The position numbers and the translations under genes were made by a program. Below, piece after piece: positions 19,803 to 29,137 of a DNA stretch of 32,000 nt. The first letter of the stretch is position 1, and each line of letters starts with the position of its first letter. Below the pieces are notes generated by a model that was not told where the DNA came from, did not search any database, and saw only the letters and a program-made list of their open reading frames with translations. Origin of the DNA: Synechocystis sp. PCC 6803 substr. PCC-P (GTDB lineage Bacteria; Cyanobacteriota; Cyanobacteriia; Cyanobacteriales; Microcystaceae); assembly GCF_000284455.1 (NCBI RefSeq), contig NC_017039.1, positions 1,590,001-1,622,000 of the forward strand, read 5' to 3'.

Positions 19803-20492
19803 ATGAATTACATTATGAGCAATGGTTTGTCCCCTACCCCCATCAACGCCCCAGGCTGGTTAAACAGTGGGGTTGCTAGTCTTTTGGTCAATGGCCATGT
19901 TCCCCAAGGCTTAGAACTGACCAATCAAAATTTGGCTGGGTTAGTGTTTCCCCATGGGGACCTCAGCCAGGTCGCCTTGATCGGCTGTGATTTACGCTTT
20001 GCCAATCTGGAAGGGGCGGATTTGACGGATGCCAATTTGATTGCTGCCAGTCTGCACAAAAGCAATTTGCGTCGGGCTAACCTCTGTCGGGCCACCCTCA
20101 ATCGCTGCAATTTGAGTGAGGCGGATCTAACTGAAAGTGATGCTAACGAAGCCCTTTTTTGTCAGGCTGTTTTTACCGAAGTGGAAGCCCACGGCTTAAG
20201 ACTTTACCGAGCTAAGGTCAGCCAAGCCCAATTAATGGGAGCCCATCTCCACCAAGCCTATGCTCCGGAGGCAGATTTTAGTGCGGTGGCGGCGATCGCC
20301 GTTGATTTGCGCTGGGCTAATTTAAGAAAGACTAATTTTCGGGGGGCGGATTTACGCTATGGCAATTTTCGGGGGGCGAATCTAACCCAGGCGGATTTTA
20401 CCGGGGCCAACCTGAAAGGAGCTAATTTACGGGGGGCAAACTTAGTGGGCACTAACCTGCAACGGGCCGACCTCAGTGATGTTACTTGGTAG
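19803..20492 (+). CDS. pentapeptide-repeat protein
   Basis: Long run of A(D/N)LxG-type pentapeptides (ANLRGANLVGTNLQRADLS). ATG at 19803 is preferred over 19755, which overlaps menA. Confidence 0.85.
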   Translation: MNYIMSNGLSPTPINAPGWLNSGVASLLVNGHVPQGLELTNQNLAGLVFPHGDLSQVALIGCDLRFANLEGADLTDANLIAASLHKSNLRRANLCRATLNRCNLSEADLTESDANEALFCQAVFTEVEAHGLRLYRAKVSQAQLMGAHLHQAYAPEADFSAVAAIAVDLRWANLRKTNFRGADLRYGNFRGANLTQADFTGANLKGANLRGANLVGTNLQRADLSDVTW

Positions 20493-20541
20493 ATGAAAAG
20501 ATTTTGATCTCAACTCTGATAAAAACAATAAAAACTGACCT

Positions 20542-21657
20542 TTGCAATACCGTCGTTTTGGCCGCACCAATCTGAATTTATCTGTTTTTTCCCTGGGCAC
20601 CATGCGGGGCTTAGGCAATCGCCAGCAATTTGTGGCTACGGTGGAAAAGGCTCTAGCCGGGGGCATTAACCACATCGAAACAGCGGCGGCCTACGGAGAA
20701 AGCGAAGTTTATTTGGGGGAGTTACTGAAGGAATATAATCGCTCCGATATTTACCTCACCAGTAAAGTTTGTCCCACGGAGAACTCAGCACAATTTATCC
20801 AGGGCCTTGACCGTTCTCTGCAACGACTCCAGGTGGATTATTTAGACTGCTTTGCTATCCATGGCATTAATACCTCCGAGCATTGGCAATGGTTACAGCA
20901 ATTGTGGCCGGCGATAGAAAGAGCCCAACAACAGGGAAAATTTAAACATCTTGGCTTTTCTACCCACGGTAGTTTGCCCCTAGTACAAGAGGTCGTTGCT
21001 TCGGGAAAATTTGCCTTTGTTAACCTGCATTATTACTGGTTTAATCAGCATCTTGCCCCGGCGATCGCCTCAGCCTATGGGCACGATATGGGCATTTTCA
21101 TCATTTCCCCTGCTGACAAGGGCGGTCAACTATACACACCAACCGTAACTTTGCAGAACCTCTGTCAACCCTTTACCCCTTTGGGTTTAACCTACCGTTT
21201 TCTCTTGAGCGATGCTCGCATTACAACCCTGAGTCTTGGCCCCGCCATTCCCCAGGAATTGAATGAACCTCTATCCCTTGGCGATCACCTGGAGCCATTG
21301 AGTGAGCAAGAACAGAGAATTTTGCAAAATTTGCTTGACCATCAAAAACAAGCATTGGGTACGGATGCCTGCCACCAGTGTTATCAATGTTTGCCCTGCC
21401 CGGAGGAAATTAACATTCCCGAAATTCTACGTCTACGCAATTTAGCTGTCGCCTTTGATATGCAAAGTTTTGGTCAATATCGCTATCAAATGTTGGAAAA
21501 TGCGGGGCACTGGTTTCCCGGTAAAAAAGGCGATCGGTGTACCGACTGCGGGGATTGTTTGCCCCGGTGTCCCCATAATCTGGCCATTCCCGAGCTTTTG
21601 CGGGATACTCACCAACGGTTGCGGGGTAAAAGCCGTCGTCGTTTATGGCAGGATTGA
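20542..21657 (+). CDS. aldo/keto reductase with a C-terminal 4Fe-4S ferredoxin-like domain
   Basis: MQYRRFGRTNL AKR N-terminus (TTG start). Cys clusters CHQCYQCLPCP and CTDCGDCLPRCP. Confidence 0.85.
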   Translation: MQYRRFGRTNLNLSVFSLGTMRGLGNRQQFVATVEKALAGGINHIETAAAYGESEVYLGELLKEYNRSDIYLTSKVCPTENSAQFIQGLDRSLQRLQVDYLDCFAIHGINTSEHWQWLQQLWPAIERAQQQGKFKHLGFSTHGSLPLVQEVVASGKFAFVNLHYYWFNQHLAPAIASAYGHDMGIFIISPADKGGQLYTPTVTLQNLCQPFTPLGLTYRFLLSDARITTLSLGPAIPQELNEPLSLGDHLEPLSEQEQRILQNLLDHQKQALGTDACHQCYQCLPCPEEINIPEILRLRNLAVAFDMQSFGQYRYQMLENAGHWFPGKKGDRCTDCGDCLPRCPHNLAIPELLRDTHQRLRGKSRRRLWQD

Positions 21658-21824
21658 TCATTAGGCTATAAATTCAACTTCTGTTTTTTGCCTCCATAAT
21701 CTACCAATTAGGACTAAAGCCTATCGATACCATCTACGGCCAAACCCAACGGCTTAAAACCAGTCAAATTAAGCAACTAAAGCGCCTCTATCAACAGCGT
21801 CTCCCCGGCGATCGCCTGCTAACG

Positions 21825-23429
21825 GTGGAATTAGCCCAGCGTTTGGGGGCCATCAGTCAGGAAATTAAACAGCCGGTTTCAGTGTATGTGAACCGACGGG
21901 GGCAAATTATCCGGGTGGGGGTAGGTACGCCCCGACAAACCCAAATTCCGCCCTTGGAATTGCCCCGCTATGGGGAAAAACGACTATCCGGCATTCGTTG
22001 CCTCACCACGGATTTAAAGGGCGAAGCCCCCAGGGAATCTAGTTTAATTGCCATGGCCCTGCAAAGATTGGATGCCCTAGTGGTGCTAAGCGTTACTGGC
22101 CAGGGTTTTGCTAAACGGGGTGGCGGCGTCACAGGCTATATAGACACGGGGTATTTGGCCCATTTATTGCCCCAAAGCAGTGACGATATGGGGGATAGGG
22201 TAGCCGATTGGGTGGTTTCCCCAGCGGTGGCCTTGGAAGATTTGGCCGAAGAAGCCATCCTCGATTTGGTGGAAAGCCTAGAGGCGGAATTTGAACGGGA
22301 ATTCATCGCCCGTCAGGTGGAAGCAGGGCAGGAAAGGGTCTTGGTGATGGGACTTAAAACCAGTGAGTTGGATGACCAGAGCTTTGCGGAAGGTTTGACC
22401 GAGTTAGAACGACTGGTGGATTCCGCCGGGGCCCAGGTGCTCCAGGTCATGCAGCAAAATCGCAGTAAACCCCATCCCCAAACCGTAGTGGGGGAAGGAA
22501 AAGTGGAAGAGTTGGCCTTGGCAGTGCAAACCACGGGGGCCAATCTAGTGGTTTTCGACCGGGATCTGTCCGCTGCCCAGGTGCGGAACCTAGAGCAACG
22601 CTGTGGAGTTAGGGTCATTGACCGCACGGAATTAATTTTGGATATTTTTGCTCAGCGGGCCCAATCCAGGGCCGGTAAATTACAGGTGGAATTGGCCCAA
22701 TTAGAATACCTGCTACCCAAATTGGTGGGTCGAGGCCAGGGCATGTCCAGGTTGGGGGGAGGCATCGGCACTAGGGGGCCAGGGGAAACCAAGCTGGAAA
22801 CGGAACGGCGCACCATCCAAAGTCGCATTGCCAAGCTACAAAAGCAGGTTAATGAGTTACAGTCCCATCGCTCCCGGCTAAGGAATCAACGCCAACAACA
22901 GGCTGTCCCCACCGTGGCGATCGTCGGTTACACCAATGCGGGCAAATCTACTTTACTTAATGCTCTCACCCAAGCGGATATTTACGCCGCGGACCAATTG
23001 TTTGCCACGTTGGACCCCACCACCAGGCGTTTATCCTTGTTGGATCCGGAGAATCAAACCTACCATCCCATTTTGCTAACGGATACGGTGGGCTTTATCC
23101 ATAAATTGCCCGACGCTTTGGTGGATGCGTTTCGGGCCACGTTAGAAGAAGTAACGGAGGCGGATCTACTGCTCCAAGTGGTGGACCTATCCGACCGAGC
23201 TTGGCGACGGCAAATTGCCTCAGTGGCTAATATTTTGGCAGAAATGCCTCTTGCTACGGCCCCCATGGTGATGGTGTTCAACAAAATTGACCAGGTGCCC
23301 AGCGAAGCTTTAGCAGCGGCCCAAGCGGATTATCCCGAGGCAATTTTCCTGGCGGCGGCCCAGGGCATTGGCTTGGAAACTCTGAAAAAACGTTTACTAG
23401 AGCAAATTCTGACGGATTTGACTGATTAG
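21825..23429 (+). CDS. hflX: GTPase HflX
   Basis: HflX N-domain LQVELAQLEY, G1 GYTNAGKST, G3 DTVGF, G4 NKID. The frame is open upstream to 21672, so the true start may lie earlier. Confidence 0.9.
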   Translation: MELAQRLGAISQEIKQPVSVYVNRRGQIIRVGVGTPRQTQIPPLELPRYGEKRLSGIRCLTTDLKGEAPRESSLIAMALQRLDALVVLSVTGQGFAKRGGGVTGYIDTGYLAHLLPQSSDDMGDRVADWVVSPAVALEDLAEEAILDLVESLEAEFEREFIARQVEAGQERVLVMGLKTSELDDQSFAEGLTELERLVDSAGAQVLQVMQQNRSKPHPQTVVGEGKVEELALAVQTTGANLVVFDRDLSAAQVRNLEQRCGVRVIDRTELILDIFAQRAQSRAGKLQVELAQLEYLLPKLVGRGQGMSRLGGGIGTRGPGETKLETERRTIQSRIAKLQKQVNELQSHRSRLRNQRQQQAVPTVAIVGYTNAGKSTLLNALTQADIYAADQLFATLDPTTRRLSLLDPENQTYHPILLTDTVGFIHKLPDALVDAFRATLEEVTEADLLLQVVDLSDRAWRRQIASVANILAEMPLATAPMVMVFNKIDQVPSEALAAAQADYPEAIFLAAAQGIGLETLKKRLLEQILTDLTD

Positions 23430-23447
23430 TGTCTATTTCACACTAAT

Positions 23448-24865
23448 TATCGCTCTTCTATCATTGTGGGTAGGATAAAATGGAGAAGATAGTCTGAAAT
23501 GCAGAGGTGGTATATGGTTGCCCTACGTGAAGCAAAAGAAACAGTACAATTCATTGACAAATACTGCGAAGGATACAGAGACTTATTTTATTTCCAGAAG
23601 TGAGAAGCTTTGAATACTTGCATCTAGGATTAATTGCGAATATCAAGAGAAAAACCTTCCCAGAAATAGCTAAGGTAGTAGGACTAGAAAATGGACAAGG
23701 ATTTGACTATTTCTTCGGTAAAAGCCCTTGGTTGTTAGAGGAGGTGAGGGAAAGAAGAATTAATAAAATTCTGAGTTTTGCGGAAGGAGAAGCAATAACA
23801 ATGCTCATAGACGAAACAGGGGATAGGAAAAAAGGAAGAAAGACAGATTATGTTGCGCGTCAGTATATTGGCAATCTAGGAAAAATAGAAAATGGAATAG
23901 TAGAGGTGATGTGTTATGGAATTATAAAGGGAATGACAGTACCATTAATCAGCAAAGTATATAAATCAGAGACAAGACTAAAAGAGGGGGATAAATACAA
24001 AAGTAAACCAGAGATAGCAGGGGAAATTATCAAAGAAATAAAAGAGCTTGGTTTCAATATAAAGGTAGTACTAGCAGATAGTGAATATGGAGAGAGCAGC
24101 GAAAACTTTGTAAGAGTATTAGAAAAAGAAAATCTAGAATATGTACTAGCTATAAGGAGTAATCATGGAGTCTGGCTTGGGAAAGAGGAAAGAGTAAGAG
24201 CGAACAAATGGGGAAAATTTGAGAGAGAATTTGCAAGTGGAAAGTCGGAAATAAGATACGTGAGAGAAATTATTTATGGAAAGAGAGGGGAAAAAAGATA
24301 TTGGCAAGTAACGAATAACAAGGAGAAAATGCCGTCAAATTCAACGTATTGTATTATGACAAAAGTATCAGAAATAAAATATAAAGAAGTGGGTAACTTA
24401 TATGGAGCAAGGAACTGGATAGAGTATGGATTAAAGCAAATAAAGAATGAACTGGAGTGGGCAGATTTTAGAATGATGGACTATTCCAGAATAGAAAAAT
24501 GGCGGGAAATAGTGATGAGCGTATATTTAATGGCAAGTCTTCAGATAGAAAATTTGCCTCCGCATGATAACTCCTTAAACAAATCAAAACAGACTAGGGA
24601 GATAGCTTATCAGAATATACAAAAACATCCTTGGTGGAATCAAAAAGTGGATGGAAAAACATACTTAACAACATGAGATTAATAATTCACCCATTATGTT
24701 ACTTTAATTTATTAAAGCGGTTGATGACGGTGATTTATACACCTCAGTTATTGAGAAACTTCCATTGCTTATTTGACAAATTGAAGAAGGCAGTAATGGC
24801 CTTAGGAGACCTTATTATTGCTCCAATTATTTTACCTTCCCACCTACACTGATAGAAGAGCGATA
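23448..24865 (+). mobile_element. IS701-like insertion sequence (~1.42 kb; possibly the Synechocystis ISY391 group)
   Basis: Terminal inverted repeats TATCGCTCTTCTATCATTGTGGGTAGG (23448-23474) and TATCGCTCTTCTATCAGTGTAGGTGGG (reverse complement of 24839-24865) match at 24/27. They enclose a DDE transposase. Confidence 0.75.
23499..24676 (+). pseudogene. IS701-family DDE transposase interrupted by a 5-bp tandem duplication
   Basis: N-terminal frame (ATG 23499/23514, MVALREAKETVQFIDKYCEGYRDLF) stops at 23601. The remainder (track ORF 23600..24676) has the DETGDRKKG, ADSEYG and NWIEYGLKQ motifs. TTATT-TTATT lies at 23583-23592. Confidence 0.75.
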
Positions 24866-24866
24866 T

Positions 24867-25556
24867 TTGAAGACACTCTTTTATGGGAGTCGAAAAATGA
24901 CAGCTTACTTGCGAGAGCAAGGTTATTTTGTGAATCGAAAAAGAGTGATCAAGCTAATGCACAAACTGGGACTACAGACAATCTATCAAAAAAAGCGAAC
25001 CAGTGTCAGCAATCCAGAAAATCTAGTGTATCCCTATTTAATTAGGAAGTTAGAGATTAATCGAGCCAATCAAGTATGGTGTACAGATATCACCTATCTG
25101 CCGATTGGCAAAGGATACTATTATTTGGTTGTTATCATGGACTGGTATAGCAGACGAGTCTTATCGTGGCGTATCAGTAACACAATGGATGTTAAGTTTT
25201 GCTGTAACGCTTTGGAAGAAGCCTTGGAAAAATATGGCAAACCTGAAATCTTTAATAGTGACCAAGGAAGCCAATTTACTTCTAAAGAATTTACTCAGAT
25301 TCTGCTTCAGGCTGAAGTAAAAATCAGCATGGATGGCAGGGGAAGATGTTTCGATAACATTTTTATCGAAAGATTATGGCGTTCCCTTAAATATGAGCTA
25401 ATTTATATTTATGAGTTTGAGGATGGAAGACATTTAAATCAGGAGATTAAAAACTGGATTAACTGGTATAATTATGAAAGATTTCATCAAGCTCTAGATT
25501 ATCAGACACCTTATTTTGTTTACCAGCAAAATCTAAGTACATTACCCGTCACCTAA
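24867..25556 (+). pseudogene. IS3-family transposase OrfB (integrase core), 5'-truncated
   Basis: rve-type motifs QVWCTDITY, MDWYSRR, NSDQGSQFTS and ERLWRSLKYE. No orfA or N-terminal part; begins 1 bp after the IS701-like right end. Confidence 0.8.
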
Positions 25557-25575
25557 TCTCTTGCTCGATTCCTGA

Positions 25576-25779
25576 TTTTCAGAGCTTTCCTCTCTACATT
25601 TCTGGCCTGACTTTTGGGATCCACTTCAATATCAACTGGAGCTTTTATCTTTTGGCAAAGCTCGAGAACTTGCCCAGATGGAATACCGTGACTTCTCTAC
25701 TCTATTGGGGGAAAGGAACATTACCCGACATTATACCGAAATCGAGCTGGCTGAAGATTTAGATTATGCTCACCGTTAG
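25576..25779 (+). pseudogene. UPF0175-family antitoxin remnant (N-terminus missing)
   Basis: LSFGKARELAQMEYRDFSTLLGERNI...EIELAEDLDYA matches the UPF0175 C-terminal pattern. No start codon in context. Confidence 0.5.
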
Positions 25780-25891
25780 CAAAACCTCACCCCTGATCAG
25801 TTTGATGATTATCGATTTGTCTCTGAATTACTTCAAGTTGGGATAACAATTCGGGAATATAGTCATTTCAATTAACGATGAGAGAATTTAA
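25766..25891 (+). pseudogene. DUF3368 (PIN-like) toxin remnant
   Basis: MLTVSKTSPLISL start overlaps the antitoxin stop. In-frame TAA at 25844; cut off by the ISY100 fragment. Confidence 0.4.
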
Positions 25892-25931
25892 TGTAAAATT
25901 ATGGAGTGTACAAAATGAACAGGTTTAAACA

Positions 25932-26497
25932 ATGGCTTACAGTTTAGATTTAAGGCAAAGGGTAGTAGCTTATATAGAAGCTGGAGGAAAAATAACTGAG
26001 GCTTCCAAGATATATAAAATAGGAAAAGCCTCGATATACAGATGGTTAAATAGAGTAGATTTAAGCCCAACAAAAGTAGAGCGTCGCCATAGGAAATTAG
26101 ACTGGGAAGCTCTAAAAAAAGACGTAGAAGAAAATCCCGATGCAAGATTGATAGACAGAGCCAAGAAATTTGGAGTGAGGCCGAGTGCCGTATATTACGC
26201 ATTAAAGAAAATGAAAATAAACAGAAAAAAAAAAGAACTACGTTATCGAGAAAGAAACCGGGAGGAACGAGTTAAGTACTATAGAATGTTAAGAGAACTA
26301 ATTAAGCTCTATGGTAGTCAAGCTATAGTTTACATAAATACAAGCCTGGATTCGAAGCAATCCAGGCTTGTATTTATGCCTGGTCAAAAAAAGGAAAAAA
26401 AGTTTATGGAGATAGACAAGGAAAAAGGGGAGTCAGAGAAAATCTAGTAGCAGGGAGAAGAAAAGGAAAAAAAGATTTGATTGCGCCGATGGTTCTT
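25932..26497 (+). pseudogene. IS630-family transposase, frameshifted and 3'-truncated
   Basis: Frame switches at ~26340-26350 from IVYI to GFEAIQACIYAWSKKGKKVYGDRQGKRG. The DE(S/T)G catalytic-Asp motif is lost. Confidence 0.75.
26334..26377. repeat. perfect 17-bp inverted repeat with a 10-nt spacer inside the ISY100 transposase
   Basis: ATAAATACAAGCCTGGA (26334-26350) / ttcgaagcaa / TCCAGGCTTGTATTTAT (26361-26377). Confidence 0.9.
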
Positions 26498-26841
26498 ACT
26501 GTGGCGTTTAGCGTCTCAGCTTTATTTGAAACTACTATATTGTCTCGAATAATGCTCCAGACAGTATCGTTATCAATGCCCAAATAACCGTGAATAAGAC
26601 GATTGCGGGTGGTAATGATCTGTCGCCAAGGGACCTCTGGGTGTGTGGCTCGTATCTCATTAGGAATATGGGTAGCCGCCTCGCCAATTAATTCTAGATT
26701 TCGTAAAGTGGCATCATAGTTAATTTCGCTGGCGATAAAGGTTTCCTGATCCATTTCTATGGTGTAGGCCAGCGCTTTTTTAGCAAAGCAAATCATGTCG
26801 TCAATGTAAAAATGCCATTCCCGATTGGGAGATTTAGACAT
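26404..26841 (-). CDS. hepT: HepT (DUF86) toxin of a HepT/MntA TA pair. The last ~31 codons are antisense ISY100 sequence.
   Basis: RX4HXY motif as RNRLIHGY. 8-nt overlap with mntA. C-terminal VRTIGAIKSFF... is the reverse complement of the transposase KDLIAPMVLT region. Confidence 0.8.
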   Translation of the reverse strand: MSKSPNREWHFYIDDMICFAKKALAYTIEMDQETFIASEINYDATLRNLELIGEAATHIPNEIRATHPEVPWRQIITTRNRLIHGYLGIDNDTVWSIIRDNIVVSNKAETLNATVRTIGAIKSFFPFLLPATRFSLTPLFPCLSP

Positions 26842-27124
26842 CTATTTTTTCCTGTTCGATCTGGGAGCGTAATTCTGGTCTGAGGGCCTTTTCTGTTGCT
26901 AGGTCCACGGCACAACCTAACAAGTCTTCTAGATAAAACTGCACTCCGAAATACCGGTGGGATGTGGCAGGTCCATCGAAGCTGACGAGAATATCTACAT
27001 CACTATGGGGACCAGCTTCATCCCTTGCGGTGGAACCAAACAGTGCTAACTGGGTAACACCAAAACGAGATTGTAAATCTGGTTTACTTTGACTTAGCAA
27101 TTGCAGGACTGATTGGCATTTCAT
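26834..27124 (-). CDS. mntA: MntA-type nucleotidyltransferase antitoxin
   Basis: LFGSTARDEAGPHSDVDILV (GSx10DxD) minimal nucleotidyltransferase motif, 96 aa. Confidence 0.85.
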   Translation of the reverse strand: MKCQSVLQLLSQSKPDLQSRFGVTQLALFGSTARDEAGPHSDVDILVSFDGPATSHRYFGVQFYLEDLLGCAVDLATEKALRPELRSQIEQEKIDV

Positions 27125-27154
27125 TGTTCATCAATAACATGAACCACTGAGGGA

Positions 27155-28633
27155 CTATTCCGCTAATCCCAATACCCATTGCACTAGGGTCCGTACTGGA
27201 TAGCCCGTGGCACCAGCATTGTGAACTCCATTTTGCTTATCAGTCCACACAGGCCCTGCAATGTCTAAATGGGCCCAGGGAGTTTCCTTGATGAATTGTT
27301 GTAAAAATAACGCCGCTGTAATGGAACCACCGGAACGGGGCCCCGTATTTTTCATATCGGCGATCGGGGATTTGAGACCTTCAAAATATTTGGATTCCAT
27401 GGGCATTTGCCAGAATTTTTCCCCCGCCTTATCGGCCGCCACTTTGAGTTCATCGGCCAATTCCTGATTGGGACTCCATAAGCCACCAATGTCATCCCCC
27501 AGAGCTACAATACAGGCCCCGGTTAATGTGGCTAGATCAACGATCGCCTCTACACCAAGTTTTTCCGCAAATACTAGGGCATCGGCCAGGGTAAGGCGAC
27601 CTTCCGCATCGGTATTATTTACCTCAATGGTTTTGCCGTTGGAGGCGGTGAGAATATCCCCTGGGTGCATCGCCGTGCCACTGATCATATTTTCCGTAGC
27701 GGCACAGATAAAATGTATTTCTACGTTAGGTTTCAATTGGGCGATCGCCTTAGCAGCCCCGAGGGTAGCACCGCCGCCCCCCATATCCATTTTCATCGTT
27801 TCAATGCCACTACCTGCACCTTTGATGTTTAAACCACCGGAGTCAAAGGTGAGACTTTTGCCGATGATCGCCAACTTTTTCACCGGATTAGCAGGGCGAT
27901 AGGTGAGATGAATAAATTGCGGTGGTAACTCGGAAGCTTTCGCCACCCCCAGAAATGCCCCCATGCCTAGGGCCTCACATTCTGTCTGCCCCAGCACTTC
28001 CAATTCTAAACCGTAGGTCTGGGCCAATTCCGTGGCAATTTCCGTAAAGGTTAAGGGGGTGACTTCGTTGGCCGGAGCCGCCACCATTTCCCGGGCCAGA
28101 ATTACCCCGGAGACAATTTTTTCTGCTTTACCAATGGCTGTTGACTGTTCCCCCAAGCCTAGCAATTCCACAGTGGTCAGCTTAATTTCCTTATCTTCAG
28201 GATCGGACTTGAAGCGATTATCTTGATGCAGGGCTAGTAAAATTCCTTCGGTCAAAATTGCCGCTGTTTGCGCTGGATCATGCTCCCGTTGGGGCAAACT
28301 CACCCCTAGGGTTTTAACTTTTTCTCCCTTGGCCAACCGGGCGATCGCCGCCGCCCCATCTCCTAACACCTGGCTGTTAAATTTTTCAATTTCCCCCAGT
28401 CCCACTAGAATCAGCTTTTTGATTGGGGTTTTACTGCCCACCCGAGACACCAACTTTTGTCCCGCTTTACCCTTAAACTCCTTTTCCTCAATCAGTTCCC
28501 GCAATACCCCTTCCAGGCGATCGTCCAATTGGGTCAGGTCCCCAGTAATTTCCGTTGCATTTTCAAAAAATCCCAGGGCCAGGGCATCTCCCTGCCAAGT
28601 CAAAGCTGTGTAGTCGGTTCCGCGGATCTGCAT
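27155..28633 (-). CDS. pepA: leucyl aminopeptidase (M17)
   Basis: [12 protein letters not shown] signature and [14 protein letters not shown] at 28633 (MQIRGTDY) is preferred over the TTG-extended track ORF. Confidence 0.92.
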   Translation of the reverse strand: MQIRGTDYTALTWQGDALALGFFENATEITGDLTQLDDRLEGVLRELIEEKEFKGKAGQKLVSRVGSKTPIKKLILVGLGEIEKFNSQVLGDGAAAIARLAKGEKVKTLGVSLPQREHDPAQTAAILTEGILLALHQDNRFKSDPEDKEIKLTTVELLGLGEQSTAIGKAEKIVSGVILAREMVAAPANEVTPLTFTEIATELAQTYGLELEVLGQTECEALGMGAFLGVAKASELPPQFIHLTYRPANPVKKLAIIGKSLTFDSGGLNIKGAGSGIETMKMDMGGGGATLGAAKAIAQLKPNVEIHFICAATENMISGTAMHPGDILTASNGKTIEVNNTDAEGRLTLADALVFAEKLGVEAIVDLATLTGACIVALGDDIGGLWSPNQELADELKVAADKAGEKFWQMPMESKYFEGLKSPIADMKNTGPRSGGSITAALFLQQFIKETPWAHLDIAGPVWTDKQNGVHNAGATGYPVRTLVQWVLGLAE

Positions 28634-28789
28634 CGCTGTTTGTTTTTCTGTTGAGGGACTGTCCGTCCCCCATTTTGCCACACTCCCATAACCGCTGGCG
28701 ATCGGGCAGTTAATGCCCCGGTTTATGGATTTGTCCAAAGAGCTTGTCAAGGTTGATACTTCTTGGTATGTTGTTAATGCGCTAAAAAA

Positions 28790-28862
28790 GCCGGGATAGC
28801 TCAGTTGGTAGAGCAGTGGACTGAAAATCCTCGTGTCGGCGGTTCAAGTCCGCCTCCTGGCA
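28790..28862 (+). tRNA. tRNA-Phe (GAA)
   Basis: Folded by hand: 7-bp acceptor stem with one G-U, D arm GCTC/GAGC, anticodon loop CTGAAAA, T arm GGCGG/TTCAAGT/CCGCC, discriminator A. CCA is not encoded. Confidence 0.95.
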
Positions 28863-28985
28863 TCACAAAACTCCTTATATAACTGTGCGGCGACACACTG
28901 TGTTGGTCATCGGTTACATATTGGGGGAGACGTTGTTTAATTTTACGGTAATGGCAGATTTAGCAAATTATCTAACTGGTTTAGG

Positions 28986-29137
28986 GTAACGGTTTGTTAC
29001 GAGTGTTAAGGGTTGGGAGTTTGTTGGGTAGGCTAATGATTGTCGGTTCTAAATTAGAATTCCTATGTCGGACGTGATGATCCGGGTAGAAAATTTAGGC
29101 AAAAAGTACATGATTGGCCACCAAGCAGAGGGGCGGT
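28986..29137 (+). repeat. direct repeat copy R1 (intergenic leader plus 5' end of an ABC ATPase gene)
   Basis: Aligns by eye with 29850-30000 at ~90% identity (about 14 mismatches, mostly transitions). Confidence 0.85.

Larger units (their letters stand above)
25888..26497 (+). mobile_element. 5' fragment of an ISY100-type (IS630/Tc1-mariner) element; ends approximate
   Basis: Transposase N-terminus MAYSLDLRQRVVAYIEAGGKITEASKIYKIGKASIYRWLN. Similarity stops near DLIAPMV, and no right end is present. Confidence 0.7.

Noticed and set aside
23431-24880. AGTGTCT (left flank) and AGACACT (right flank) of the IS701-like element as a target duplication or extended inverted repeat
   Set aside because: They are reverse complements rather than direct repeats, and they sit at different distances (13 versus 5 nt) from the IS termini. 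Probably coincidence.
27261-28654. Several + strand ORFs (27261, 27468, 28032, 28329, 28457)
   Set aside because: Antisense to pepA, Ser/Pro/Ala-rich shadow frames.
28634-28750. N-terminal extension of pepA (also psbP-like 8567-8590 and hpnH 1946-2011)
   Set aside because: The extensions start at TTG or weak codons and add non-homologous residues. Internal ATGs give N-termini that match the families.
28986-29000. GTAACGGTTTGTTAC in each repeat copy as an NtcA box
   Set aside because: The spacing is GTA-N9-TAC, not the GTA-N8-TAC required for NtcA. More likely a small hairpin (GTAAC/GTTAC).
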